A DNA stretch of 63,944 bases, the filler included, from Octopus bimaculoides (taxonomy: Eukaryota): NCBI RefSeq assembly GCF_001194135.2. It is 7 parts of 7 records of this genome, joined end to end, with 100 filler letters (N's around TTAATTAATTAA, not from the genome) between each part and the next. Parts side by side here need not be neighbours in the genome. Positions count along the whole stretch, not along the records: positions 1 to 29,090 come from NC_068982.1; positions 29,191 to 44,977 come from NC_068997.1; 5 more parts are not named here. One strand, 5' to 3'. Each line of letters opens with the position of its first letter. The stretch's first letter is position 1. A program made the position numbers and the translations under genes. Below the pieces are notes generated by a model that saw nothing but the letters and a program-made list of their open reading frames with translations, did no database searches and was not told the DNA's origin. Shown one piece after another: positions 23,540 through 35,994 of the stretch.

Positions 23540-24260
23540 TGAAGGGGTCCTGAAATTACATGGTTGTTTACATTTTGTCGCCTTTTTTCCAAACTTTGCA
23601 TGGTAGAAGCACAGATCATCATGCTTAACCCTACCCCGCCTCGGGGCCGACCCTACTGCGTTGACCAGGACTCCACTGGATGAAAAATGCCTGTCGGCTG
23701 CCTTTGCTAATTGCCGCAGGTCCTTGATTTCGGTCTGAGTTATGAGGGCCTGGACCTGGGGTGGCAGCTTGCAGAGGAATATNNNNNNNNNNNNNNNNNN
23801 NNNNNNNNNNNNNNNNNNNNNNNNNNNNNNNNNNNNNNNNNNNNNNNNNNNNNNNNNNNNNNNNNNNNNNNNNNNNNNNNNNNNNNNNNNNNNCCAACAT
23901 CCTGTCCATCAGTCCTGAAGGCTTGGAATCGCCTAATTCCTCCTCCAGTATCCTGGCTGCCGCTTCTCTTTCACTGCATCGGAATGTATCCATTAGCCTA
24001 TCTTTCAATATGGCGTATTTTTCTGTTGGTAGGGAATGGGTTAAAATGTCCAGCATCCTCGTTGCCGTGTTTTCGTCTAGAGCCGCCACAACGTGCGAGT
24101 ACTTTGTTTGGTCGGCCATTACCTTGTTTATATCGAACCGAGCTACCGCCTGCGTGAACCTCAGCTCAGCCCTCTTAGCCCTCTTAGCCCAGAACTGTGG
24201 TAGCCTCAGTGGTGTTTTGTTGCTAGCCGTGTTTGTTTTGGTAGCGGGAGCTGTTGTTCT
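23540..24260 (-). pseudogene. Gypsy gag
   Basis: LRLPQFWA, DQTKYSHVVAALD, LGDSKPSGLMDRML, and C-terminal CFYHAKFGKKATKCKQPCNF. Contains an N gap. Confidence 0.85.
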
Positions 24261-24262
24261 AT

Positions 24263-24276
24263 CGTCGGGGTCACCA
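24263..24276 (-). promoter_or_regulatory. Primer-binding site complementary to the tRNA-Trp 3' end
   Basis: Minus strand TGGTGACCCCGACG lies 2 nt after the LTR end. It is complementary to the metazoan tRNA-Trp end ...CGUCGGGGUCACCA. Confidence 0.85.
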
Positions 24277-24278
24277 GT

Positions 24279-24539
24279 TATAGCTTTGTTAAGCTATGCA
24301 CAAACAAACTAGTGGAGACGAGAATACATTTACCAAAAGTTTATTACTTTAGGTACAATAGGGCTTAAGTCGTCAGTTATTTTTGCATAGTTCACTCAGA
24401 TTCGTTCCACGCTCGCTGCAGACATTCTTCTGTTTTCATTCTCTTGTCGGAAGTCCTTTTTCTTCCTGCTGACCAACTTCCTAGCTACCCGCAGCGAAGT
24501 ATCTGTCTACAGTTCGTCTGTCACGAATCCTTCCCTACA
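24279..24539 (-). mobile_element. 5' LTR (261 bp)
   Basis: Begins TGTAG, ends CTATA (imperfect inverted terminus), contains AATAAA, and directly precedes the PBS. Confidence 0.75.
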
Positions 24540-25770
24540 CTATCTCTGTTATCGACAGTGAACTGCGCTGAAGCAAGGTCAATTTCGATTCGTAAATTGA
24601 TAGAGTCGTTAGCACGTGGAATATAGAATTCTTTGCGTTACTTGTTCTGGTTATCTACGCTCTGAGTTCAAATCTCATTTTAGTCCATTTGCTTTTGAGG
24701 TTGACAACTAAAGGGGACCAGTGGAATATTGGAGTCGATTTTATATTTTACACCACATTCTAAAACTCGCTCTCTCCCTCTCACACAGACACACACACTC
24801 CACCACCCCCTCTCTCTCACGCACACAGTCTCTCTCTCTCTCTCTCTCTTGCACGCTCGCTTGATCGGTTTCAGTTAGTGAAGTAGTGCCACTTTATTCA
24901 AACATCAAAAACCTTCTTGTATTAGACAAGTCTTTGGAGGAGAATATGTGGAAGCGAATGCAAATGGGCCAAGCAACAGCTCCGGTCGTCTCTTAGATAT
25001 AACCATTGCTTAAGGGAGTCGAGTTTGATTTCAGGAGAGATTTAAATTCTATTTTTAGCAGGTTGAGTAACCATGACAGTCTTCCCCGTTGCTCGTACTT
25101 TTTCTCCTCTCCAGTGGATACTAAGGGTGCTATTTCTTTTAAGGGGTACTTGGGAAAACAGAAAAAGGTACTGAAAATATCACCATGTACCATATATTAC
25201 TGTGGTCACAACACATGCAGATACCTATAAAAGTGTAGCTGTCGCTGGTTATTTGGTATGATGCAATGATTGCAATACTAGAAGATATCTAAACAGGTGT
25301 ACAACTGGAGATGGTGAATAGCGGAAATTGATGTTGTATTGCTATGGTCACAGCATATCTAAGTAGATACTTCAGCGGATGTTTTGCTAGCAGTGGTAGA
25401 TGGCTGTAGCTGATGAATTGGTATGTATGAATATATTGTTATGGCAACGTCATCTTGCGTATATATAAAGTAGATGTCCGGCTGGTCATGGAAAATAACC
25501 GTAGCTGATGACTTACAATAAGCTTTTACATAACATCAGACATCGCAGTCAGTTTGGAATTTGAACTAGAATCTAGACAATAGTAATGCAACATATCATC
25601 TAAATCAATCATTCCACTACATAAATTTGTCAGTACTGTGTCATATAAACCAGTCATTATTCGGTATCAATCATATGTCAAGCAACAGTAATGAAATACA
25701 ATAACAAAGGTTTTTTTTTTCTTTCATTTCGTTTTAGTTGCCTCGGCATTTAATCTTGTCTCGCATTATT

Positions 25771-26025
25771 AATAATTCGCTGAACTTTAAAATTTTAATC
25801 TGTCAATATCTAAACACACACACACATATATACATGCATGCAGCATACGTAGATACATACATATGTACAGACCTAAATCATAGCCGTCACTTGCAAGCAA
25901 GTATCACCTGGTAGCATGTGCCATGCTTTAGATCCCTATGCAGTCGTGAGTAGGTGTAGACAACCTCCCGTCTTTGTCTCGAGGATGTGACACATGAAAG
26001 GAGAAATAGCTGCGTCAGTATTAAG

Positions 26026-26069
<44 letters not shown>

Positions 26070-26305
26070 NNNNNNNNNNAATAATTCGCTGAACTTTAAA
26101 ATTTTAATCTGTCAATATCTAAACACACACACACATATATACATGCATGCAGCATACGTAGATACATACATATGTACAGACCTAAATCATAGCCGTCACT
26201 TGCAAGCAAGTATCACCTGGTAGCATGTGCCATGCTTTAGATCCCTATGCAGTCGTGAGTAGGTGTAGACAACCTCCCGTCTTTGTCTCGAGGATGTGAC
26301 ACATG
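25771..26305. other. Identical ~225-bp duplication across a 10-N gap (likely assembly overlap)
   Basis: About 25771-25995 is repeated exactly at about 26080-26305. Confidence 0.8.
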
Positions 26306-26738
26306 NNNNNNNNNNNNNNNNNNNNNNNNNNNNNNNNNNNNNNNNNNNNNNNNNNNNNNNNNNNNNNNNNNNNNNNNNNNNNNNNNNNNNNNNNNNNNNN
26401 NNNNNNNNNNNNNNNNNNNNNNNNNNNNNNNNNNNNNNNNNNNNNNNNNNNNNNNNNNNNNNNNNNNNNNNNNNNNNNNNNNNNNNNNNNNNNNNNNNNN
26501 NNNNNNNNNNNNNNNNNNNNNNNNNNNNNNNNNNNNNNNNNNNNNNNNNNNNNNNNNNNNNNNNNNNNNNNNNNNNNNNNNNNNNNNNNNNNNNNNNNNN
26601 NNNNNNNNNNNNNNNNNNNNNNNNNNNNNNNNNNNNNNNNNNNNNNNNNNNNNNNNNNNNNNNNNNNNNNNNNNNNNNNNNNNNNNNNNNNNNNNNNNNN
26701 NNNNNNNNNNNNNNNNNNNNNNNNNNNNNNNNNNNNNN

Positions 26739-26795
<57 letters not shown>

Positions 26796-26807
26796 CACAC
26801 ATACACA

Positions 26808-27178
26808 CAGGGTGTCCCAAAATTAAGCAACCAACTTCTTCCAATATTGTCAAAGCAAAATATTGTCATATTTTGGATCCGAGCATTACAATACAATGGT
26901 AAAGGAAGCACAATTATGAAACTATCACATTTATTCAATATGACCACCTCTGTTTCGAATCACAGTCATGGTGCGAATGCAGGCCACGCGTTACGCAGCT
27001 GTTCATACGAAATCAAAGCCCATTCTTGTCGCAGTTTTGCCTTCAGAGTGTCGAGCGAAGCATGAGGAGTGCTCGAGACCCTCATCTCCAAAATGTACCC
27101 AACAGAAAAATCTAGGGAGTTAAAATTGGGGCTTCTTGAGGGCCATACATCCTTGCCTATGAACGACAGAATGTCGTA
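26808..27178 (-). mobile_element. Tc1/mariner-superfamily transposase C-terminus with CAGGGTGTCCC terminal repeat
   Basis: FIGKDVWPSRSPNFNSLDFSVGYILEMRV..PHASLDTLKAKLRQEWALIS is of the WPP.SPDLNPLD type; TIR-like cagggtgtcccaaaa at 26808. Confidence 0.8.
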
Positions 27179-27189
27179 CACACACACAC

Positions 27190-27223
<34 letters not shown>

Positions 27224-27825
27224 NNNNNNNNNNNNNNNNNNNNNNNNNNNNNNNNNNNNNNNNNNNNNNNNNNNNNNNNNNNNNNNNNNNNNNNNNNNNN
27301 NNNNNNNNNNNNNNNNNNNNNNNNNNNNNNNNNNNNNNNNNNNNNNNNNNNNNNNNNNNNNNNNNNNNNNNNNNNNNNNNNNNNNNNNNNNNNNNNNNNN
27401 NNNNNNNNNNNNNNNNNNNNNNNNNNNNNNNNNNNNNNNNNNNNNNNNNNNNNNNNNNNNNNNNNNNNNNNNNNNNNNNNNNNNNNNNNNNNNNNNNNNN
27501 NNNNNNNNNNNNNNNNNNNNNNNNNNNNNNNNNNNNNNNNNNNNNNNNNNNNNNNNNNNNNNNNNNNNNNNNNNNNNNNNNNNNNNNNNNNNNNNNNNNN
27601 NNNNNNNNNNNNNNNNNNNNNNNNNNNNNNNNNNNNNNNNNNNNNNNNNNTAGAATAGAGGCAGCTGATGAATAATTCCAAGTGGCTTTCTGTTTTCCTA
27701 TGTGTTCGTTCCGTTGTCTGTAGTTCATTGTTCTAACGTCCTGTACCCTGATATGCATCTATATACACATGTAGATGAAAGTATATACATATATGTGTGT
27801 ATACATGCATATATATTTTTTGTAT

Positions 27826-27870
<45 letters not shown>

Positions 27871-28167
27871 AAATAGATAGATGCACTCACGCACATACAA
27901 ATTTCTCATGCGCACGCATAGATGCATTCTTTTACCTATTTCTGTCACTCTCTCTCTCCCCGTTTTTCTCTTTCTCTCTCCCTTCCCTTTCTTTCCTCTC
28001 TGTCCGTCTGTCTGTCTGTCTGTTTGTCTCTCCTACATATACATGCCTATGTCTCCAATAATTCTTATGCACGTGCGTTTGTTTGTATACATTAGGATGA
28101 AAATATCTCAGCAGGTGAAATGGATATCTCCGCCAACGTTAAACACAGTATACACACCACCACCACC

Positions 28168-28216
<49 letters not shown>

Positions 28217-28268
28217 TCATCACCATGACTACCGCTAATAATATCAAAGCAAATAACNNNNNNNNNNC

Positions 28269-28302
<34 letters not shown>

Positions 28303-28547
28303 TCATCACCATGACTACCGCTAATAATATCAAAGCAAATAACATTACTACTTCTACAACCAACTTTATAATATTCACTACAGCGGTACCACCGTCTCTA
28401 ACACCATCACAATCACCGCCATTAACATCATATCAACATGAAAAAGTAAACTCCAAAAACAGATACTAGTGTTCCCACAGTCACCGTTTCCATCACTGCT
28501 TCTAACACCGCCATGAGGTACCAGAAATGAGGTACCAACAATACTGC

Positions 28548-28873
28548 TCTGGCATTCTGTCGGTTACGACGACGAGGGTACCAGTTGGTCCGATCAACGG
28601 AACAGCCTGCTCGTGAAATTGACGTGCAAGTCGTTGAGCGCTCCACAGACACGCGTACCCTTAACGTAGTTCTCAAGGAGATTCAGCGTGACACAGAGTG
28701 TGACAAGGCCGGCCCTTTGAAATACAGGTACTACTCATTTTTGCCAGCTGAGTGGACTGGAGCAACGTGAAATAAAGTGTCTTCCTCACGGTCGCTATGC
28801 TTCGCCGGGTATCGAACTCACGACCATACAATCTTGAGCCGAATACCCTAACCACTAACCCACGCGCCTTCAC
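28548..28873 (-). mobile_element. Full-length SINE, variant C2 (different tRNA head, same 3' domain as family C)
   Basis: Head ggcgcgtgggttagtggttaggg...gagttcgatacccgg. The 3' 190 bp match 43125-43290. A partial head copy lies at about 50085-50205. Confidence 0.85.
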
Positions 28874-29134
28874 CGGTCCCAACAGTATCCGCAGCAAGAA
28901 CACCGCTATCAGTACTACCTCCTTCACCGGATCTACTACCACAGCCACCGACAATACTACTAAAATTACCACCACAACCGTCAACACCAATACTACTACA
29001 ACTACTACCCCTGCATCAAACCTTAGCACAACTAACGCTTTCACAGCTACCATGACTGCAACTGCCACCACCACCACCACCACCACCACCNNNNNNNNNN
29101 NNNNNNNNNNNNNNNNNNNNNNNNNNNNNNNNNN

Positions 29135-29146
29135 TTAATTAATTAA
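29135..29146. other. Artificial gap linker TTAATTAATTAA (also 45022-45033, 47097-47108, 52262-52273, 60463-60474, 61711-61722)
   Basis: An identical 12-mer centred in 100-bp gaps (44 N each side) that gives stops in all six frames; a scaffolding artefact. Confidence 0.95.
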
Positions 29147-29214
29147 NNNNNNNNNNNNNNNNNNNNNNNNNNNNNNNNNNNNNNNNNNNNTATATATATG
29201 TATATATGTATGTA

Positions 29215-29282
<68 letters not shown>

Positions 29283-29284
29283 TG

Positions 29285-29317
<33 letters not shown>

Positions 29318-29321
29318 ATAC

Positions 29322-29353
<32 letters not shown>

Positions 29354-29384
29354 AATATTACCAGAACTATCCATACATATATAA

Positions 29385-29525
<141 letters not shown>

Positions 29526-30473
29526 GTTTGTCTCAGTGGTATTAACTGTTCAGCAGATTATCTTCTCACCATCTCTCATACTTCCGTCGAATGTAAGAGA
29601 GAACATATGCTTCAACAACCATCACACATATGCACGTACAAACACACGCAACCAGATATGCATATAAATACAAACACAGACACACATGCACACAGACACA
29701 CAGACACACCCATAGGGATCACATACTCATAAATAACAGATACAGATATGTGTCTGCACATACGCATGCGTATATGCACAAATGCACAGAGAAACAGACG
29801 AACATGCATGCACACATACATACAGACACACACAAACATACGCATATACATACGAACTCTCCTTGATGTGAACACAGAAAAAAACCTTACACATGTCATA
29901 AAAGTTACTCGGACACCAAAATCTAGACATCTTACACTAACACACTCATCTACACACATGATCTTACCTAAATTCTTAATTACCAATAAGCTTNNNNNNN
30001 NNNNNNNNNNNNNNNNNNNNNNNNNNNNNNNNNNNNNNNNNNNNNNNNNNNNNNNNNNNNNNNNNNNNNNNNNNNNNNNNNNNNNNNNNNNNNNNNNNNN
30101 NNNNNNNNNNNNNNNNNNNNNNNNNNNNNNNNNNNNNNNNNNNNNNNNNNNNNNNNNNNNNNNNNNNNNNNNNNNNNNNNNNNNNNNNNNNNNNNNNNNN
30201 NNNNNNNNNNNNNNNNNNNNNNNNNNNNNNNNNNNNNNNNNNNNNNNNNNNNNNNNNNNNNNNNNNNNNNNNNNNNNNNNNNNNNNNNNNNNNNNNNNNN
30301 NNNNNNNNNNNNNNNNNNNNNNNNNNNNNNNNNNNNNNNNNNNNNNNNNNNNNNNNNNNNNNNNNNNNNNNNNNNNNNNNNNNNNNNNNNNNNNNNNNNN
30401 NNNNNNNNNNNNNNNNNNNNNNNNNNNNNNNNNNNNNNNNNNNNNNNNNNNNNNNNNNNNNNNNNNNNNNNNN

Positions 30474-31530
30474 AAGAGAAACCAACATTTTATGCTAACC
30501 GAAGAACCGAATCCTACTGTTATTATTATTATTATTATTCTCTGCCAAAATTTGGTGGTGAACTGGCAGAGTCATTAGCACGCCAGGCAAAATGCTTAGC
30601 AACATTTTGTCTGTCTTTGCATTGAGTTCAAATGCTGTCAGGGACGACCTTGCTTTTATCATTTTGGGGTCGATAAAGTAAGTACCAGTTGAGCATTGGA
30701 GTTATTGTAATCGACTTAACCTCTCCCTTAAATTGCTGGTCTTGTACCAAAATTTGAAATTATTATTATTATAAGGAAGGGAAGAGAAACCAACATTTTA
30801 TGCTAACCGAAGAACCGAATCCTACCGTTATTATTATTATTATTCTCTGCCAAAATTTGGTGGCGAACTGGCAGAATCATTAGCACGCCAGGCAAAATGC
30901 TTAGCAACATTTTGTCTTCATATTGAGTTCAAATGCTGTCAGGGACGACCTTGCTTTTATCATTTTGGGGTCGATAAAATAAGTACCAGTTAAGCATTGG
31001 AGTTATGGTAATCGACTTAACCTCTCCCTTAAATTGCTGGCCTTGTGCCAAAATTTGAAATTATTATTATTATTGGCAAGGAGTTGAGTTGGCAGAATCA
31101 TTAACACACCAGACAAAATGCTTAGCAGCATTTCTTCTAGCTTTTACGTTCTGAGTTCAAACTCCACTGAGGTCAACTCTTCCTTTCATCCTTTCGGGGT
31201 TGATAAAATAAATACCAGTTGAACACTGTGATCGATGTAATCGACTAGCTCTCACTTCTCAAATTTCAGGCCTTGTGCCTTTAGTAGAAAAGATTATTAT
31301 TATTATTATTATTATTATTGGTAAGCTGGCAGAATCGTTAGCACACTTAAAATTCTTAGCAGCATTTTGTCCAGCTTTACGCTCTGAGTTCAAATTCCGA
31401 GAGGTCAACTTTGCTTTTCATCCTTTCGGAGGCAATAAAGTAAATGCCAGTCAAGCACTGAGGTCGATGTAACCGACTAGCCTTCTACTCCAAAATTTCA
31501 GGTCTTGTGCTGACTTATAGTAGAAACCAT
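30474..31530 (+). mobile_element. Four head-to-tail SINE B copies separated by (ATT)n; the first two form a ~305-bp duplication
   Basis: Copies at about 30556, 30858, 31078 and 31318, each ending ggccttgtg(c/a)c...(att)n. Confidence 0.9.
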
Positions 31531-32280
31531 CATTATTATTTAAATTCCTTACCAAGTTTTCTTTTAATGGGAGTGAAAGCAATATAGAGGTCGAGAGACC
31601 CGAGAAAAAGTAACTTCCTGAGAAACCACGACCATGATCTGCTGACACTCCTTTCTTCTCAGTATAGTCATTTCATCACCATAAGTGGTGATATTCTTGG
31701 GTAAATATGTTTTGTGTGTAAGAGCGCATGCGTATGTGAATGTGTGTGCCCGTGCATTTGCAAACAAAAGGAAAAAGTATTTAATGTCAAAATAAATTAT
31801 ATTTATTTATTGAGGAATTGAGGTCAATGGTAGAGTTTCATAACTACCTGTTGCAGATCGAATAACTGAATTTTGAAATATCAGACACCATATATATATA
31901 TATATATATATATATTTAAGAAGGGCAACTATGCATAGGCTGGTCACTGAATTAAAGTAGGAAAATAATAATGATGGTGATGATGATGATTCTACTATAA
32001 GCAGAAGACCTGAAATTTTAGGGAGTGTCTGCATATATGAAAATATTTGTGCATTTTCATACACACATGCACACACTCATACACATGCATGCACACATTA
32101 ACAACACGCCCATGTATAAACATATATGCATATACGCATCTGTAATGTATTAAATGTAACTATAAAATACAAATAGCAAAGTATTTACAATTTATTAAAC
32201 ACTACAAAATAAGTATGCATATATCATAAATAGTTGGATCTGAATGACAGGATAGCGTCAATGGCTTTTGCTGGTCCTCC

Positions 32281-32658
32281 CAGTTATCAATCGTTTTTTA
32301 CATACTGACCCCTTTCATTACTATTTTATTCTGGCAGACCCCCATAGCCATTCAATGTTTATAAACTAGCTTCAAAGATACTATTTTAAAATTTTCTTTT
32401 TTTTGTTCTTTACACATAAACTTGTCAAGGTTTGCAATAGTACTCTCTTAGAGAGCATGTTTCAGTATCTGGAAACATGTTAAACTACGTAAAACCTTAG
32501 AGAAAGAAACCTAGCTGTTTCTGGCAATAAATACATTTTTTTTTTCAGTTACCCTTAAAATACAACTGTGGACCCAATTTACTATTTTACTTGCGTGAAC
32601 TCCCAACTATCTTATATGGACCCCAAGTGGACCCATGGATCCTAGTTGAGAACCACTG
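32281..32658. mobile_element. Non-autonomous hAT (Charlie-like) element
   Basis: Right end gttgagaaccactg is the reverse complement of the CAGTGGTTCTCAAC TIR and is followed by tcCTAGac. The left end is degenerate (cagttatcaatcgttttt). Confidence 0.6.
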
Positions 32659-32719
32659 TCCTAGACTGTTATGGTTGATAAGATGAATGTTACTTTTGAA
32701 TCTTTTAGGTCAAGACTTG

Positions 32720-34700
32720 CGGGGAAGATATGAGCAGAAGGGACTTCCAGAGGGTCAACATTCTGAGAAAGAAGGACTGGGTGTAATAATTAGTGTGGAA
32801 TCTCGGATCTGGACAATAGCATAGCTACAATGTAAGCTTTATACAGTCGACGTCAAAAGTGCCGCTCTCAGCATTGCCTGGGTAGACCACCCACCTGATC
32901 ACCCCCTATCTACACTATTGGGTCTGTACACAACACAGATGCTGAGAGGAGAGACATGTGTCAAGAATCTGTCAGTGGAGCAGAGGCCATCATAGTGGCT
33001 GTACAAAAGCTAGGGAGAGAAGAGACCGTACTTGTCGTCCAGAGGCTGGAGTGTGTCTGTGACTTTATACCAACCAGTCAAATGGCATTTTTCTAGATAC
33101 GGTTTGAGATGTCTATGTGTGCAGCAGCAGCAGTACCATCCCAGATGTGAAGGCCAGTCATTGGAATGCAGTCCTAGCAACATTAAGGATGTGTTTTCCC
33201 CAACAGAGATCTTTAGTAAGTGGGAGACCAAATATAAGGGCTTTAACTGAGTGCTGTCCATAATTAAGAGTGGGTGTGGTGCTTGATATTGTCTTGAGAT
33301 GAGAAGCTTTTGTGTTTTCTTCCAGTTAAAAGTGACAAGATTGGCACATTTCCATTGGAATGTGCTTCCAGTGTCTCTCTTCAGGGAGTCAATGTGGGTT
33401 TGACATATGGTGTATAGATTTGCAAATAGATGACACATATTTGTGGAATGTTAGGAAGGGATGAAATGTAGTACCATTTGTGCAAGAGTGGGTGTTGTTG
33501 GCCAAGACAGCAAGTAAGTCATTGATGTTTAGGAGAAAGAGTGTGGGAGACAATATTTAACACTGGGACATGCCATAGTTGAAAGACTGGGTGACAGAAA
33601 GAACTCCAGCAACACACGTGGTAATAAGGACGATCTGATTAGGAAGTTACTAATCCAAGAGATGAGAAACGAGTGAAGCTGATATTTCCGTAAGAGATTC
33701 ATGTGCCAAAGCATACTTGGAAGCTCTGATGATGTCGAGGACCATAACCAAAGTTCTCTAAGCCAAGGGCCCACTGGTGGGTGTCAGAAGAGAGGACATT
33801 ACCTGTAAATCTGTCTATTCAGAAACTGTAGTGGTTTCATTGACAGAGAGAGAGACAGAGACAAACAGAAAGAGATAGATAGAGAAGCAAGAGAGAGAGA
33901 GACAGACAGACAGACAAAAAGAGATAGATAGACAGCGAAGCAAGAGAGAGAGAAATATTGAAGGGCAGCATTGTTAATGGTTGTCAGCATTATCTTTGAG
34001 AAATTAAAAGTAAGTGTGTTATGAAGTGATAGTAGGATGAGTCCAAAGAATTGCTATTCCTGGAAATGAGACCCATTGTAGTGTTTTTCCAAAGCAAAAA
34101 TAGATCATATTAACAGAGAGAAAGATTGAAGAGTTTCGTGATTTCAGGGGCTAATTCTAGGGTGCAATTTTTAAGGGTAATAGGACAAGAACATGGCCAA
34201 TGGCCTAATATGTTTGAAGTGGTTGAAAGTACTTTTGCACTCGACCTAGGTGGGCTGAAGGAGATGGAGTTGGAGAGATTTATCAAATATATTCAGTACT
34301 GAGTTGATGGGAAAGCTGGCAGTGATGGTGGAGGGTTTCTCAGAGGGAGGGGTTACTACTCATAGAATCATAGTTGTTGTGAAGTGAAGAGAAAGAGGAA
34401 TCTGTAAAGTTGACAGACAACTTTCTGGTTAGGAAACTCCCCAAATCAGCTGCAGTTTGAAAGACAGGATACCTTGAGGGCTTAATAATGCATGAAGTTA
34501 TCTTTCATGGTTTTGGTATGGTCTTGTGGAGGTTGCATTACTGAGTAAACATCACCCAATTTTAGAGGTGGATAAGTCTCAACAGGGCTGTAGGTCTTTT
34601 TACCTGAACAGTTTCAATGCAATTATGAGTGAATCCCTTGTGGCATTTGTGACACTAGATTTTTCATGTGTATGGAATGTAGAGGTACTTGCCTAAAAGA
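32720..34700 (-). mobile_element. Decayed CR1-like LINE (endonuclease to RT C-terminus)
   Basis: LWHMNLL.K...LISWISNFL, ILSPTLFLLNINDL, QWKCANLVTFNWKKTQKLLISR, YTQSFFLRMLTLWKSL; (GA)n insertion at 33840-33960. Confidence 0.8.
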
Positions 34701-35724
34701 ATAGTTTCAGTCGACACAAAGTTGTTTCTGAAAATGGAAAGAAGCAAGTGTCAAAAATGCTCAATTCTTTCTGTTTGGCTCTCCATCGTCATATGTCTGA
34801 AATGAACTAAAATTTATTCACGTTTCAAGAATGATAAAGAAGTTGTAGAGGAAGAATAGAGCCACAAAAACATAAAACACTATGAGAGAAATATTTTTCG
34901 TAATAATTCAAATAACATTTGAAAGAAATGTGAATTGCAATGGTCACAGTCAAGTTACTAATTTTGTGTTTTAATTAACTTTAATTCTAGCTCAAAACAG
35001 TCTACATAGCAAGATTAAGTACATTTTCATACACAAAATTATCATATAAAATCCTGCAAAAACAGGCAGAAGAGGATAACATCCCGTCTCAGCTCAGCTT
35101 GGCTTAACTTTCCCTAGGTTTCTTTGATTTCTGTTTACCCTTTTTTCCTTCATGGTTTTCTTTATATATTTTTCTTTCACATGTGGGAAGATGAAAGGAA
35201 AGAGAGAAGATAAGAATTTTTGTTTTTTGTTTTTGTATTCCTGTGATATGAACTTTCTGTCAATTCAATAACTTCAAAATAAAACTCTTGACAAATATTT
35301 GCCAAAAATAACACAAGTGACAAATAAAAGCAACTCTATAGCATTGCTTGATCTGTTAGAAATAGCAGCTCAGTCTCCTTCATATCACCATCTACTACCT
35401 ATTGGGAAATACATATTGGTTAATATTGATACACAATAAACACAAAGTCTGAAAAAACAAAAAGATGGAATGGTCACAGTTGGAATGCCTTAGCTCTCTC
35501 TCTTTTTACTCTTTTACTTGTTTCAGTCATTTGACTGCGGCCATGCTGGGGCACCGCCTTTTAGTCGAGCAAATCGACCCCCAGGACTTATTCTTTGGAA
35601 GCCTAGTACTTATTCTATCGGTCTCTTTTTGCCGAATCGCTAAGTTACGGGGACATAAACACACCAGCCTCAGTTGTCAAGCAATGTTGGGGGGACAAAC
35701 ATAGAAACACAAACATACACACAC

Positions 35725-35758
<34 letters not shown>

Positions 35759-35759
35759 T

Positions 35760-35950
35760 ATTATGATTGACCGTTGACTGAACACTATTCAATTTTTTTT
35801 CTCCGTGTTTTTCTCCTTGTCTCCGTATTCTTTCTGTTGAAGAGCGTAGCTCGAAACGTCAAAGACTTTCCGTATTCCCGAGCGTCATACTAATATATAC
35901 TTTTGTTATTTACACCACCTGTCCTCGTCTGTTGTTATTTTTTGTATATT
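35760..35950 (+). mobile_element. Penelope-like terminal-repeat fragment carrying a hammerhead motif
   Basis: Non-SINE sequence bounded by (TA)n and containing a minimal hammerhead, which is the known context for PLE pLTRs. Confidence 0.65.
35829..35865 (+). ncRNA. Minimal type I hammerhead ribozyme (core variant CUGUUGA)
   Basis: UCUUU CUGUUGA A GAGC-gua-GCUC GAAAC GUC^AAAGA: helix I UCUUU/AAAGA, helix II GAGC/GCUC, palindromic ACGU helix III. Confidence 0.75.
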
Positions 35951-35953
35951 CTC

Positions 35954-35994
<41 letters not shown>

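Larger units (their letters stand above)
20630..24539 (-). mobile_element. Ty3/Gypsy LTR retrotransposon, 3'-truncated and frameshifted
   Basis: Order is LTR-PBS-gag-PR-RT-RNaseH-IN. The 3' LTR is absent because the element is fused to mariner sequence. Confidence 0.95.

Noticed and set aside
25771-26305. Exact duplications across gaps (also 14840-15235, 28190-28345, 40832-40905)
   Set aside because: Identical sequence on both sides of N runs indicates unmerged contig overlaps.
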